Positions 39,833 through 48,623 of a stretch of 64,000 nucleotides of DNA are shown here, in pieces. The stretch comes from Longimicrobiales bacterium (GTDB lineage Bacteria > Gemmatimonadota > Gemmatimonadetes > Longimicrobiales > Gaopeijiaceae). The number at the start of each line of letters is the position of its first letter. Within the stretch, counting starts at the first letter, position 1. The DNA lies in contig CBDFIQ010000002.1 of assembly GCA_965248195.1 (NCBI GenBank), positions 576,001 to 640,000 on the forward strand, written 5' to 3'. Made by a program: the position numbers and the translations under genes. The notes beneath the pieces are model-generated. The model did not search any database. It was not told the origin of the DNA and saw only the letters and a list, made by a program, of their open reading frames with translations.

Positions 39833-40821
39833 GACGGCTGCTTTTCGTTGCTCTGTTCATGCTGCTGAGCCACCAGAGCCTTGGTGCGCAGCTGAGCTAT
39901 TCTCGGGGCCAGAACGTCTCCCCCGGGTACGAAGGGTGGGAGCAGAACGAGGACGGATCGTTCAGCTTCCTGTTCGGCTACATGAACCGGAACTGGCTCG
40001 AAGAAATCGACGTCCCGGTGGGACCGGACAACACGATCTCGCCCGGCCCGGCCGATCAGGGCCAACCGACCCATTTCTTGCCGCGCCGTAACCGGTTCAT
40101 CTTCAAGGTGCGTGTTCCGGCGGACTTCGGCGATCAAGAGATGGTGTGGACGCTCACGACCCAAGGAATCACAGAGCGCGCGTACGCGTCGCTTCGTACG
40201 GATTACAAGGTCGACAACATGGTGATCGCGTCAGAGACAGGCGCGCTCGGCGCAGGGACGAGTAGCCCCGAGACGAGGTCGAACATGGCGCCGGTCCTCC
40301 GGATCATCGGGGACAGAGAGTTGACCGCTCGGGTCGGCCAACCGCTCACGCTGGCGGCGGAGGTGACCGACGACGGCCTTCCTAGACGGAGGAGACCCCG
40401 CGCGTCGCTTGCTGCTGCGGATTCGACTGATGCTGAGGCGGCCGCCGATAGTACGGAGGGTGCAAGAGGGCCGAAGCTGTCCGCGCGGGCGCTGCGCCCC
40501 CCGTCGAGGGTCACCGTGGGCAAGAGGGTGGGGTTACACCTCTCTTGGTTCGTTTACCGGGGCCCTGAATCCCTCGATCTTGGACATGAGAAGGTGGCCT
40601 TCGATCCCATCCAGGTGAAGGTATGGGAGGATACGCGGGCGGCGGCGAACTCTCCCTGGGGGCCGCTCTGGGTCCCGCCGGAGGTGCCCGAAGACGGGCG
40701 CTGGGAAGTGCAGGTAACCTTCGACGAGCCGGGCAGGTATGTGTTGCGTGCGCGTGCGGACGACGGCGGCCTGTACGCCGATGACGACGTGACCGTACGC
40801 GTGACGTCCCTGATTCCCTGA
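39829..40821 (+). CDS. Secreted hypothetical protein; paralog of 1401-2318
   Basis: GTGA overlap with upstream stop; signal peptide; GQNV.P.YEGW..NEDGS..FGYMNRN, QPTHFLP and VTFDEPGRYVLR motifs. Confidence 0.8.
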   Translation: MRRLLFVALFMLLSHQSLGAQLSYSRGQNVSPGYEGWEQNEDGSFSFLFGYMNRNWLEEIDVPVGPDNTISPGPADQGQPTHFLPRRNRFIFKVRVPADFGDQEMVWTLTTQGITERAYASLRTDYKVDNMVIASETGALGAGTSSPETRSNMAPVLRIIGDRELTARVGQPLTLAAEVTDDGLPRRRRPRASLAAADSTDAEAAADSTEGARGPKLSARALRPPSRVTVGKRVGLHLSWFVYRGPESLDLGHEKVAFDPIQVKVWEDTRAAANSPWGPLWVPPEVPEDGRWEVQVTFDEPGRYVLRARADDGGLYADDDVTVRVTSLIP

Positions 40822-40865
40822 CGAGGGATTCCCTGACCCACTGATCGAGCGTTCCTCCCTCAGGG

Positions 40866-41831
40866 CTAGAAACCGTCGCCGAGGATCGCACGGCCCTCGT
40901 TCGCCGCCTCGACCGAAGTGCGGATGATCTGCCAGCCCTCCCGCACCCGCCTCGCGACGTCCTCACCCGTGCTCGCCGAGATCGCGCAGGCGACATCGTG
41001 TCTGTTGCACGCCGCAAGGATCTGTTGGAAGGCTTCCTCGAGCTCGGGCGCACCTTGAGTGACGCCCAGCGAGCGACTCAGGTCGCCACCGGCGCCCGGG
41101 AAAAGGGCCCCGACGCCCGGAGTGGAAGCGATCGCATCGACGTTCCGCAAGCCTTCGACCGACTCGATCATCATCACGGCCAGCAGGTCCCCGTCGGGAT
41201 TGAGCGGCCACAGGTCGGCTCGCCGAGAATACTCTGCTGAACCCACCCCCCACGCCCACGCCGCGTTGCCGGCGCCCGAGCCCCGGATCCCCTTCGGCTC
41301 GGGATAACGCGAATCCCGAAGCTGTGGATAACGCATGGTGCTGACCGCGAACGCTGCCTGTTCCGGAATGTCCACGCCGTTGAAGATGATCCCGTACAGC
41401 CCGATGTCCAAAGCCTGCTTCACGACCCATTCGGATTCGTGGGGTGGCGGTGCGAAGCGCGCGAACAGTGCGAGGTTGGGCTGCGCGTTCCCCTTCCTGA
41501 GGATCATCTGCTTATCGGCCATCCCCAGGAGAAACATCCTCAAGGCGGGAAAATCCATGGGGCTGTGCTCCATATCCACGTATATGAAGTCTGCCGGTGC
41601 CCGCGCGACCTGGCGCGCGTAAGAGAGGGAGAGGTCCTGCGTGCTGAGTCCGTACACGATCTCGCCCGCTTCGAGCTTGGCGATCACCGGGTTCAGGTGG
41701 ACGCGCTCTTGGGCCGGCACAGCGCACGGAAGCAGGAGGAGCGCGGTCCAGGAGGCGACGCACGAGCTTCTACGGGCACGTGGAATTCGGTCGCACGTCT
41801 GCGGGAACGAAGGGTCGGTCGATCTGCTCAT
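40866..41831 (-). CDS. HpcH/HpaI aldolase family protein with signal-like peptide
   Basis: DMEHS, KQALDIG, MRYP..GIRGSG, MIES and GDL motifs; shares ADxWPLNPDGxLL with 10774-11727. Confidence 0.85.
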   Translation of the reverse strand: MSRSTDPSFPQTCDRIPRARRSSCVASWTALLLLPCAVPAQERVHLNPVIAKLEAGEIVYGLSTQDLSLSYARQVARAPADFIYVDMEHSPMDFPALRMFLLGMADKQMILRKGNAQPNLALFARFAPPPHESEWVVKQALDIGLYGIIFNGVDIPEQAAFAVSTMRYPQLRDSRYPEPKGIRGSGAGNAAWAWGVGSAEYSRRADLWPLNPDGDLLAVMMIESVEGLRNVDAIASTPGVGALFPGAGGDLSRSLGVTQGAPELEEAFQQILAACNRHDVACAISASTGEDVARRVREGWQIIRTSVEAANEGRAILGDGF

Positions 41832-42006
41832 CGCGCCATCTCCTTTTCGCGGCCAGCAAATACGTGTGAAAGCGGATGGGAACGTACGCGCGCCGACGCC
41901 AGTTGGCACGTGCCGACGAGTCCAGTATGGGCGCCCCTATGCCGCCCTAGAAGACTGATCGGAAAGGTGGTTTTCCGAGTCCGGGATGTTACGGAGGCCG
42001 GGCGAG

Positions 42007-42735
42007 CTACTCGGGCAGGGCTACGCGCACGAATCTCCGGAGGATCGCCTCGGCCTCCGGTGTTTCCGGCGTGGCGGCCGAGAATTCCTCGAGCGTGTCG
42101 TACCCGGTGAGCGGCAGATACGACGGATACTGGGCGATTCGCGCGATGATGCCGGCACGGTCCAGCTCCGGATGGAACTGGGCACAGTAGATGGGCTTGT
42201 CGGCGAAGCAGAACGCCTCGTTCTCAACGGTGGCGCTCGACGCCAGAAGCGTTGCCCCCTCAGGGAGCTTGGTCACGATATCCTCGTGGCCGATCAGGAC
42301 CTGGAAGCGGTCCCCCAGAGGACCGAACACGGGGTCCTTCTTACCCTCGGGTGTCAGCTTCAGCCAATGCGTCCCGACCTCCGCCTGACTCCGGTCCGTG
42401 ACCACCTCGCCCCCCATGGCTCTGGCCATGGCTTGAAACCCCCAACAAGACGCAAACGTCGGCTTGGACGTCTCGTGTAGCTGACGCATGGCTTCGAGGG
42501 CCGCGGACAGCCACGGACCGCCTTTGGCGACGGAGTAGTCGCCGCTCCCACCCAGCAGGACCACGTCGGCCTCGCCCAGCTCGGACTCGGTGGGCACACC
42601 GCTCAAGAGGTCGAAGACACGAATCTGATCTCGATCGCAGCGGAGCGAACGGGAAAAGCACTGGACCTCGTGCTCCCTCATGGGGTCGTCGGGATCACGG
42701 ACCTGAAGGAGCAGGAAATGGAGTGGGTGTGTCAT
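42007..42735 (-). CDS. Type 1 glutamine amidotransferase
   Basis: GGSG, SCWGFQ (nucleophile Cys), HED and QFHPE motifs. Confidence 0.9.
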   Translation of the reverse strand: MTHPLHFLLLQVRDPDDPMREHEVQCFSRSLRCDRDQIRVFDLLSGVPTESELGEADVVLLGGSGDYSVAKGGPWLSAALEAMRQLHETSKPTFASCWGFQAMARAMGGEVVTDRSQAEVGTHWLKLTPEGKKDPVFGPLGDRFQVLIGHEDIVTKLPEGATLLASSATVENEAFCFADKPIYCAQFHPELDRAGIIARIAQYPSYLPLTGYDTLEEFSAATPETPEAEAILRRFVRVALPE

Positions 42736-42782
42736 GGAAGGGTTGCTTATTGAGCGGGAAAGAGTGGGGCCGCGACGAGGGG

Positions 42783-42828
42783 ACCAACGAGGGGGGCGTG
42801 CCCGCGACGGGTACGCCCCCCTCTTGGT
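42783..42828. terminator. Strong intergenic hairpin (terminator or mRNA-stability element)
   Basis: accaa-c-gaggggggcgtgcccg-cga-cgggtacgcccccctc-ttggt. Confidence 0.6.
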
Positions 42829-42850
42829 GGATGCTGACGAGGTAACGTGC

Positions 42851-43678
42851 TCAGTGGCCCTGCACAACCTGGTTCCGCAGGATGCCGACGCCCTCGATCT
42901 CCACCTCGTAGACGTCACCCGGCTCCATCGCGCGGGTGCTGCCCATCGTGCCGGACCAGATCAGATCGCCCGGCTCGAGCGTGAAATATCTGGAGATGTA
43001 GCTGACCATATGGTTCATGTCGAAAATCAGGTCGGAGCTGTTCTCCTCCTGGCGTATTTCGCCGTTGAGGCGACCCTCGATCTGGAGGTGCGTATAGTCC
43101 AAGCCCGCGACCACGACCGGACCCACGGCGTTGAACCCGCGGGTGCCCTTCGCACGGACCCACTGGATGTCGGTACCCTGCCAGGCTCGCTCACTCACGT
43201 CATTCCCGGCCGCCACGCCGAAGATATAGTCCGGCGCATCTTCCGGACTCACATTCACGGCACGCCTGCCGATCACGATGACCATCTCCGCCTCGTAGTG
43301 GAGATTTTCGGATCCCGGAGGCCGTACGATGTTCTCACCGGGACCGATGAGCGAACTCGCGGGCACGGTGAACAGGCCCGGATACTCCGCCGGCTCGCCA
43401 CTGATATGGCTGCGGAAGTTGAAGGCGGTCATGAAGACGAGGGTCGGGTCGACCGGGGCCTTCATCGTCACGGCGGACTCCGTCGTCGTCCGCCCCGTAC
43501 GCTGACCCCCGAGGTAGGGAGCGTCGCTGAGCTGGCGAATCGTGGTGCCATCCAGCTCTCCCCACGAGATGTCTCCAGCTTGCTCGTACCTTACGTATCT
43601 CGTTTGGGCGTCGGCCGTGTCGCCCACCACCCCCGCCGCGATGACGCCAAGCACAAACAGTGTCAACATACGCTTCAT
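42851..43678 (-). CDS. Fumarylacetoacetate hydrolase family protein with signal peptide
   Basis: AGGAGG RBS; MKR-hydrophobic-ADAQ; HYEAE, NDVSER, WVRAKG and TLEPGDLI.SGT motifs. Confidence 0.9.
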   Translation of the reverse strand: MKRMLTLFVLGVIAAGVVGDTADAQTRYVRYEQAGDISWGELDGTTIRQLSDAPYLGGQRTGRTTTESAVTMKAPVDPTLVFMTAFNFRSHISGEPAEYPGLFTVPASSLIGPGENIVRPPGSENLHYEAEMVIVIGRRAVNVSPEDAPDYIFGVAAGNDVSERAWQGTDIQWVRAKGTRGFNAVGPVVVAGLDYTHLQIEGRLNGEIRQEENSSDLIFDMNHMVSYISRYFTLEPGDLIWSGTMGSTRAMEPGDVYEVEIEGVGILRNQVVQGH

Positions 43679-43753
43679 GAAAAACCTCCTGTCGATGAAT
43701 CCATCGCTACCGTAGGGCGCTGGCCCGGGGCCGTCAAGGCACCTCAGGCCGTA

Positions 43754-44374
43754 TCAACGGACCTCCGGCCCACCCACGCGATCATCGGGGACGAAGCGGT
43801 TTCGGGCGGGCATCACCACCGCCGGTAGGGTCTCGGCATTCATGACCGCGTCCTCCGGGATGATTTCATTGAGGAAGAGGATGTATGCGGCGACCGCGTA
43901 GACTTCGTCGTCCGTGAGCGACCCGGGGAACGTCATCGGCATCGCACGCTTGACGTAGTCGAAGATGGTGGTGGCGTACGGCCAGTAGTTTCCGACGGTC
44001 TTGCGGATGCCTCGGGTTTCGCCGAACGGAAAACCCTCCCGGGGCTCACGGCCCACGAGCCGATCGTTCGGACCCTCTTGCCCCGTGATACCATGGCAAG
44101 CGACGCACTTGACGTTGTAGACCGCCCTGCCCTCGGCGACGGAGCCGCTCCCAGGAGGGGCTCCTGCTCCGTCCGGTCCGAAGTCGATGTTCAGCACGTC
44201 AATCTCGGCTGGCGTGGCGTCCTGGCCGATCGCAAAAGAAGCGGGCCATTCGCTGGTTCCCGACCCCACCCCACTACTCCCTTGGTCCGCCGTGTCCGGC
44301 ACGCATCCGTACAGGAGGAGCGCCGTCGCCGCCACCAGCCCACAAAAGGGCCCTCCCGGGCTTCGCTGGCTCAA
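43754..44374 (-). CDS. soxD: SoxD-like monoheme cytochrome c
   Basis: PPGSGSV.EG, CVACHG, KTVGNYWPYATT.FDY..RAMP and MPARN motifs; 4-nt overlap with soxC. Confidence 0.8.
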   Translation of the reverse strand: MSQRSPGGPFCGLVAATALLLYGCVPDTADQGSSGVGSGTSEWPASFAIGQDATPAEIDVLNIDFGPDGAGAPPGSGSVAEGRAVYNVKCVACHGITGQEGPNDRLVGREPREGFPFGETRGIRKTVGNYWPYATTIFDYVKRAMPMTFPGSLTDDEVYAVAAYILFLNEIIPEDAVMNAETLPAVVMPARNRFVPDDRVGGPEVR

Positions 44375-45621
44375 AGCATCTCTCCCTGTGCGAAGAACAC
44401 GCGTCCGTCGGCTTCGACCTTCCAGGGCCGGATGTTGTTGTAGTGGTAGGAGGTGCCTTCGCCCCGCGCCGCTATCTGTGTTTCAAGATCCGGCTGCACG
44501 TAACCGGTTTCGTCGATTGCGCGGCTCATGAGAAGGGCCTCGCCGCCGTCCCAGTTCCAGATGTGCCGGAAGCGGGTGGCACACTTCGAGAGGACCGGCT
44601 CCTGAAGCTGAGCGGGTACCCACGTGCGCCCGCCGTTCGTGCTCACTTCCACCCGGGTGATGCGGCCCCGGCCACTCCACGCCAGGCCTCGGATCTCCCA
44701 CCAACCGCGCTCCGGAAGTACGAAGGGATAGGCCGGGAAGGTGATCGTCGACTTGGCGTCCATCACGAAGCTGAACTGCCGCACGGTCCCATCGGCGAGG
44801 GGGTCCGTGTACTTGGAGGTTTCGTCGCGCGTCATGGACGGCCGGTCGGAGGCCTCGAGGCGGCGGATCCATTTGACTTGGGCGTTGCCTTCCCACCCAG
44901 GAAGGAGCAGCCGCGCGGGAAAGCCCTGCTCGGGACGGATCGCCTCGCCGTTCTGCCCGTACGCGATCATGGCGTCGTCCAACGCCTTTTCGACCGGAAT
45001 GCTGCGGGACATGACCGCCGCATCGCCACCCTCGGCCAGCAGCCAGGTAGCGTCGGGGCTGATCCCGACCTCACGCAGGAGGGTCGAAAGTGCGACACCG
45101 CTCCATTCACTCGTGCTGAACAGTCCGTCGATCTGGCTGGGGGCACGCTCCCGAGGGGCGTTCCGGTTATAGGCGGCACCACCGTTGCCGGAGCACTCCA
45201 TGAAACAAATCCGAGACTCCGCTGGAAACCGCTTCAGGTCGTCGAGCGTGTACGTCATCGGTCGATCCACCATCCCGTGGATCAGGAGTTCATACCGATC
45301 CGGGTCGATCGCTGGAACGCCGGCGTGGTGGCGCTCGAAGTGGAGATCCGCCGGAGTGATGATGCCCCGAAGTTGCTCGAGCGGGCTCCTGGAGGACGCT
45401 GTCGGTGCGGGTGTGCCCATGACGCGCCGGGGCTGCTCTCCCGGTGCCCGTTGGCCCAGCACGCTGGTCGGCGCCCCGAGAAACTTCGTGGGATCCACCT
45501 GTGCGGTCTGCAGGGGGGCGGCTTCTCCCACCGTGACCGCATCGGCCTGGGTCTTCAACAGACCCCCAGCGATCAGCCCTCCCGTGGCTCCCAACATCGC
45601 GCGTCTTGAGATGTCGCCCAT
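44371..45621 (-). CDS. soxC: Sulfite oxidase family molybdoprotein SoxC (sulfane/sulfite dehydrogenase), Tat-exported
   Basis: ISRRAML Tat motif; GIITP..LHFERHHAG, ECSGN, RPEQGFP.RLLLPGWEGN, ETSKYTD and YHYN motifs. Confidence 0.88.
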   Translation of the reverse strand: MGDISRRAMLGATGGLIAGGLLKTQADAVTVGEAAPLQTAQVDPTKFLGAPTSVLGQRAPGEQPRRVMGTPAPTASSRSPLEQLRGIITPADLHFERHHAGVPAIDPDRYELLIHGMVDRPMTYTLDDLKRFPAESRICFMECSGNGGAAYNRNAPRERAPSQIDGLFSTSEWSGVALSTLLREVGISPDATWLLAEGGDAAVMSRSIPVEKALDDAMIAYGQNGEAIRPEQGFPARLLLPGWEGNAQVKWIRRLEASDRPSMTRDETSKYTDPLADGTVRQFSFVMDAKSTITFPAYPFVLPERGWWEIRGLAWSGRGRITRVEVSTNGGRTWVPAQLQEPVLSKCATRFRHIWNWDGGEALLMSRAIDETGYVQPDLETQIAARGEGTSYHYNNIRPWKVEADGRVFFAQGEML

Positions 45622-45717
45622 CGTTCGACTCCTGGAATTTGGTAGCCTGCATGTCACGGGACACAACCTTTGTCCAGAGCCATGCCGTCCGCAAGCCGTG
45701 ACAGGAAAATCGCGGCG

Positions 45718-45746
45718 TTGACACCCTATCCCTCTCCGCCTAGCGT
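45718..45746 (+). promoter_or_regulatory. Sigma70-type promoter
   Basis: TTGACA (45718-23), 17 nt, TAGCGT (45741-46); ATG at 45754 lies at the expected transcription start. Confidence 0.7.
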
Positions 45747-45753
45747 GCTAGGC

Positions 45754-46089
45754 ATGATAGGTACGAACGTGCGCATACGTGATCGTTTCATTGCCGTGTT
45801 GGCAATCTGGATCGTGGCTGTGGGCGCCCTCATCCCGTCCATGGATCGGGAGCTCCTCGGCTCGGACCTCGCGATCGAGTCAGGGCACAACGAGGCGTGC
45901 GCTCATCCCCATCACGATCACACGTTCTGCATGCAGCTCGGCAAGCAGCGCTGGTCCAAGGGCTCATCGATTCCGTCTCAGGTGTTTCCGCCTGTTGCGG
46001 GCGAGTCGGTCTCGGTGCGCCACGATGCCCCGGTCGAGGTCCTGCGCCGCATCCTCACCCGCTCCCGCGCCCCACCACACACCACCTGA
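45754..46089 (+). CDS. 111-aa His/Cys-rich leader protein with C-terminal RAPP arrest motif (CruR/DUF2946-like architecture)
   Basis: N-terminal TM/signal segment; GHNEACAHPHHDHTFC; ends SRAPPHTT*; directly upstream of metal-uptake genes. Confidence 0.75.
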   Translation: MIGTNVRIRDRFIAVLAIWIVAVGALIPSMDRELLGSDLAIESGHNEACAHPHHDHTFCMQLGKQRWSKGSSIPSQVFPPVAGESVSVRHDAPVEVLRRILTRSRAPPHTT

Positions 46090-46218
46090 GAACAACCTCT
46101 GCGTGCTGCAGAGGAACCATCGAGCGCAGCTCCCGAGCCCAGAACCGTCGGGGGCAGTGCTTTGCGGGTCGAGTGTTCCGGTCATAGCCCCGGCAGACCC
46201 GAATCTCAGGGAGTTGCC

Positions 46219-47568
46219 ATGCGAAACATTCCATATGGGTGCGTACGGTTTCTTGCGTTGGCGGGAATCCTGGCCGTTAGCCCGGTACGCGCGCAGGCAC
46301 AGGACGTGCCGGCGGCGCGGCTCGATTCCCTCCGGGTGGCCCTCGAGGTGCTGAGAGCTCGGCTCGACAGCCTCGAGGGCATCGTGGCTCGTAGCCAGGC
46401 GGGGCCGGAGGTTCGAGATCAAGAGGAGACGACGACGGACGCGATCGCCCGGCTCCGGGCGGCGGCCCAGGCTGCTGCGGGGGACGCCGCAGCAGACACG
46501 ATGGCCCGGGCCCAGGGCGCCCAGGAGTTCGTCGGTCGTGCCCGGTCGCTACAGGCGCTGAATCCGGAGATCAGCCTGAATGGTGATTTTTTTGCGTCCA
46601 TCCAGAGTGGGGAACCCGACGCGGAGAACTTCATTCCTCGCGAGTTCGAGCTGTCGCTCGTCTCGGCGCTGGACCCCTTCACTCGTGCCAAGGTATTCCT
46701 CGCCTCGGAGGAGCAGGGGGGTCGGATCGAAGTGTTTCCGGGTGGTGGTGAAGAGGAGGGCTCCGGGGCGGGCGTTTCTGTGGAGGAGGGCTACGTCGAG
46801 TGGGTTGCGTTGCCGGGCGGTGTCGGCCTCAAGGTCGGGCGGTTCTTCCAGCAGTTCGGGCAGCTCAACCGCTGGCACTCGCATGCGCTTCAGTTCCAGA
46901 GCCGGTCACTCCCGCACCTCGCCTTCATCGGAGAGGAGTCCTTGGCCCAGGACGGCGCCTCGGCTCACTGGCTGCTTCCGACCGGGGGGTCCGGAGCGTA
47001 TGAGGCCACCGTGGAGGTCACCCGGAGTCGTAATGAGATCCTGTTCGGGGAGTCGCACCGGCTCAGCTATCTGGGCCATATGAACGCGTTCTGGCAGCTT
47101 ACTCCATCCACGGATCTGGACCTGGGCGTGAGCGCTCTGTTCGGTGACTACGAGGATCCTTCTGGACGACACGGCAATCGCCTTTTTGGAGCGGAGATGT
47201 CGTTCAATTGGGCCCCGCCGGAGCGAGCGCTTTACCGCGGAGTCGTCGTACGAGGGGGAGTCATGCTCTCGGATCCCGCGGCCGTTTCCGGACTTCTCGA
47301 GCCGGATCCGGCGTGGGGTATCTGGTCGCTGGCAGAGGTCAAACTCTCTCGCCAGTGGATTGCCGGAGGGCGGTACGATTGGGTGGAAAATCCGGAGAAT
47401 CCCACTGAGTCCGCGTGGCTCGCCGGCCCCGCGCTGACCTATTGGCAGAGCGAGTACGTACGGTTGAGGGCGGAGTACGACATCCTGGGGAATCCCGGCA
47501 AGACCACGGGGCAGTTCACGCTCCGGATCACGTTCGCAATGGGTCCGCACAGACACGAAACATATTGA
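46219..47568 (+). CDS. Outer-membrane beta-barrel/porin-like protein associated with metal uptake
   Basis: Signal peptide, coiled coil, NPEIS, VEEGY, GRF...FG.LNRWHSH, amphipathic beta strands, C-terminal GPHRHETY. Confidence 0.7.
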   Translation: MRNIPYGCVRFLALAGILAVSPVRAQAQDVPAARLDSLRVALEVLRARLDSLEGIVARSQAGPEVRDQEETTTDAIARLRAAAQAAAGDAAADTMARAQGAQEFVGRARSLQALNPEISLNGDFFASIQSGEPDAENFIPREFELSLVSALDPFTRAKVFLASEEQGGRIEVFPGGGEEEGSGAGVSVEEGYVEWVALPGGVGLKVGRFFQQFGQLNRWHSHALQFQSRSLPHLAFIGEESLAQDGASAHWLLPTGGSGAYEATVEVTRSRNEILFGESHRLSYLGHMNAFWQLTPSTDLDLGVSALFGDYEDPSGRHGNRLFGAEMSFNWAPPERALYRGVVVRGGVMLSDPAAVSGLLEPDPAWGIWSLAEVKLSRQWIAGGRYDWVENPENPTESAWLAGPALTYWQSEYVRLRAEYDILGNPGKTTGQFTLRITFAMGPHRHETY

Positions 47569-47580
47569 GGGGGTGACACG

Positions 47581-48621
47581 ATGCTGAGAACCATCGCCGC
47601 AGTCACAGCTTTGGGTTTGATGGCGGGAGAGGGGAGCGCGCAAGCGGATCCCGTCCGGGTCGTTGCGACGCTTCCGGTCTATGCAGATCTCGTCGAGAAG
47701 ATCGGGGGTGCTGAGGTCGACGTGAGCGCCATCGCGGCACCGAATGAGGACGCTCACTTCGTGCGTCCCAAGCCGAGCTTCGCGCTGTCCATTCGGCGGG
47801 CCGATCTGTTCATCACGACGGGACTCGACCTCGAGCTTTGGGCTCCGATCGTGCTGGACCGGGCCGGAAACGCCGACGTGTCCGAAGGGGGAAGGGGGTA
47901 CGTGACGGCCTACACGAGGATCGAATTACTCGACATCCCCGTAACAGCGGACCGGAGCGGAGGAGACGTGCATATTTTCGGTAATCCGCACCTCACGACC
48001 GACCCCCTCCGAGCCCTCCAGGTGGCCCGCAACATCACCGTGGGGCTCGAACGGGTGGCGCCGGACCGGTCCCGGGTCTGGGACGCGGGACTGGCCCGCG
48101 TGACGGCGGAAATCCATCGGCGGCTATTCGGAGACAGGCTCGTGGAGCTCCTGGGCGGAGATCTGCTCGAACAGCTCGCACTCCAGGGGACTCTTCATGC
48201 CTTCCTGGAAGGGGAAGAGTTCGAGGGCCGTCCGCTCATCTCCGAGTTGGGTGGCTGGTTGGGCGTCGCGGAAGCGTTCCGAGGCCGTGACATCATTTGC
48301 TACCACAAGAACTGGGCATACTTGGAGGATCGGTTCGGTGTGCATTGCGCCGAGTTCGTCGAAGCGAGGCCCGGCATCCCTCCGACCCCGGGACACGTGG
48401 TCTCCCTTCTCGAGAAGATGACGAGTGAGGGGATCGGGGTGATCCTAGCCGCTTCCTACTACGACGAACGAAAGGTCGAGACGGTCGCCCGACGTGGGAT
48501 GGCCCGCTCGGTCGTGGTGTCGATGAACCCCGGGGGGACGGCGGGTGTCGACGACTACTTCGCCCTGGTGGACACGTGGGTGGACGGTTTGGCCGGGGCG
48601 TTCGCCGGGTCCGGGGGCTGA
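47581..48621 (+). CDS. Metal ABC transporter substrate-binding protein (ZnuA/TroA cluster)
   Basis: VVAT, DAH...KPS, GLDLE.W, HIFGNPH, YHKNW.Y and E.RPGIPPTPGH motifs. Confidence 0.9.
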   Translation: MLRTIAAVTALGLMAGEGSAQADPVRVVATLPVYADLVEKIGGAEVDVSAIAAPNEDAHFVRPKPSFALSIRRADLFITTGLDLELWAPIVLDRAGNADVSEGGRGYVTAYTRIELLDIPVTADRSGGDVHIFGNPHLTTDPLRALQVARNITVGLERVAPDRSRVWDAGLARVTAEIHRRLFGDRLVELLGGDLLEQLALQGTLHAFLEGEEFEGRPLISELGGWLGVAEAFRGRDIICYHKNWAYLEDRFGVHCAEFVEARPGIPPTPGHVVSLLEKMTSEGIGVILAASYYDERKVETVARRGMARSVVVSMNPGGTAGVDDYFALVDTWVDGLAGAFAGSGG

Positions 48622-48623
48622 AA

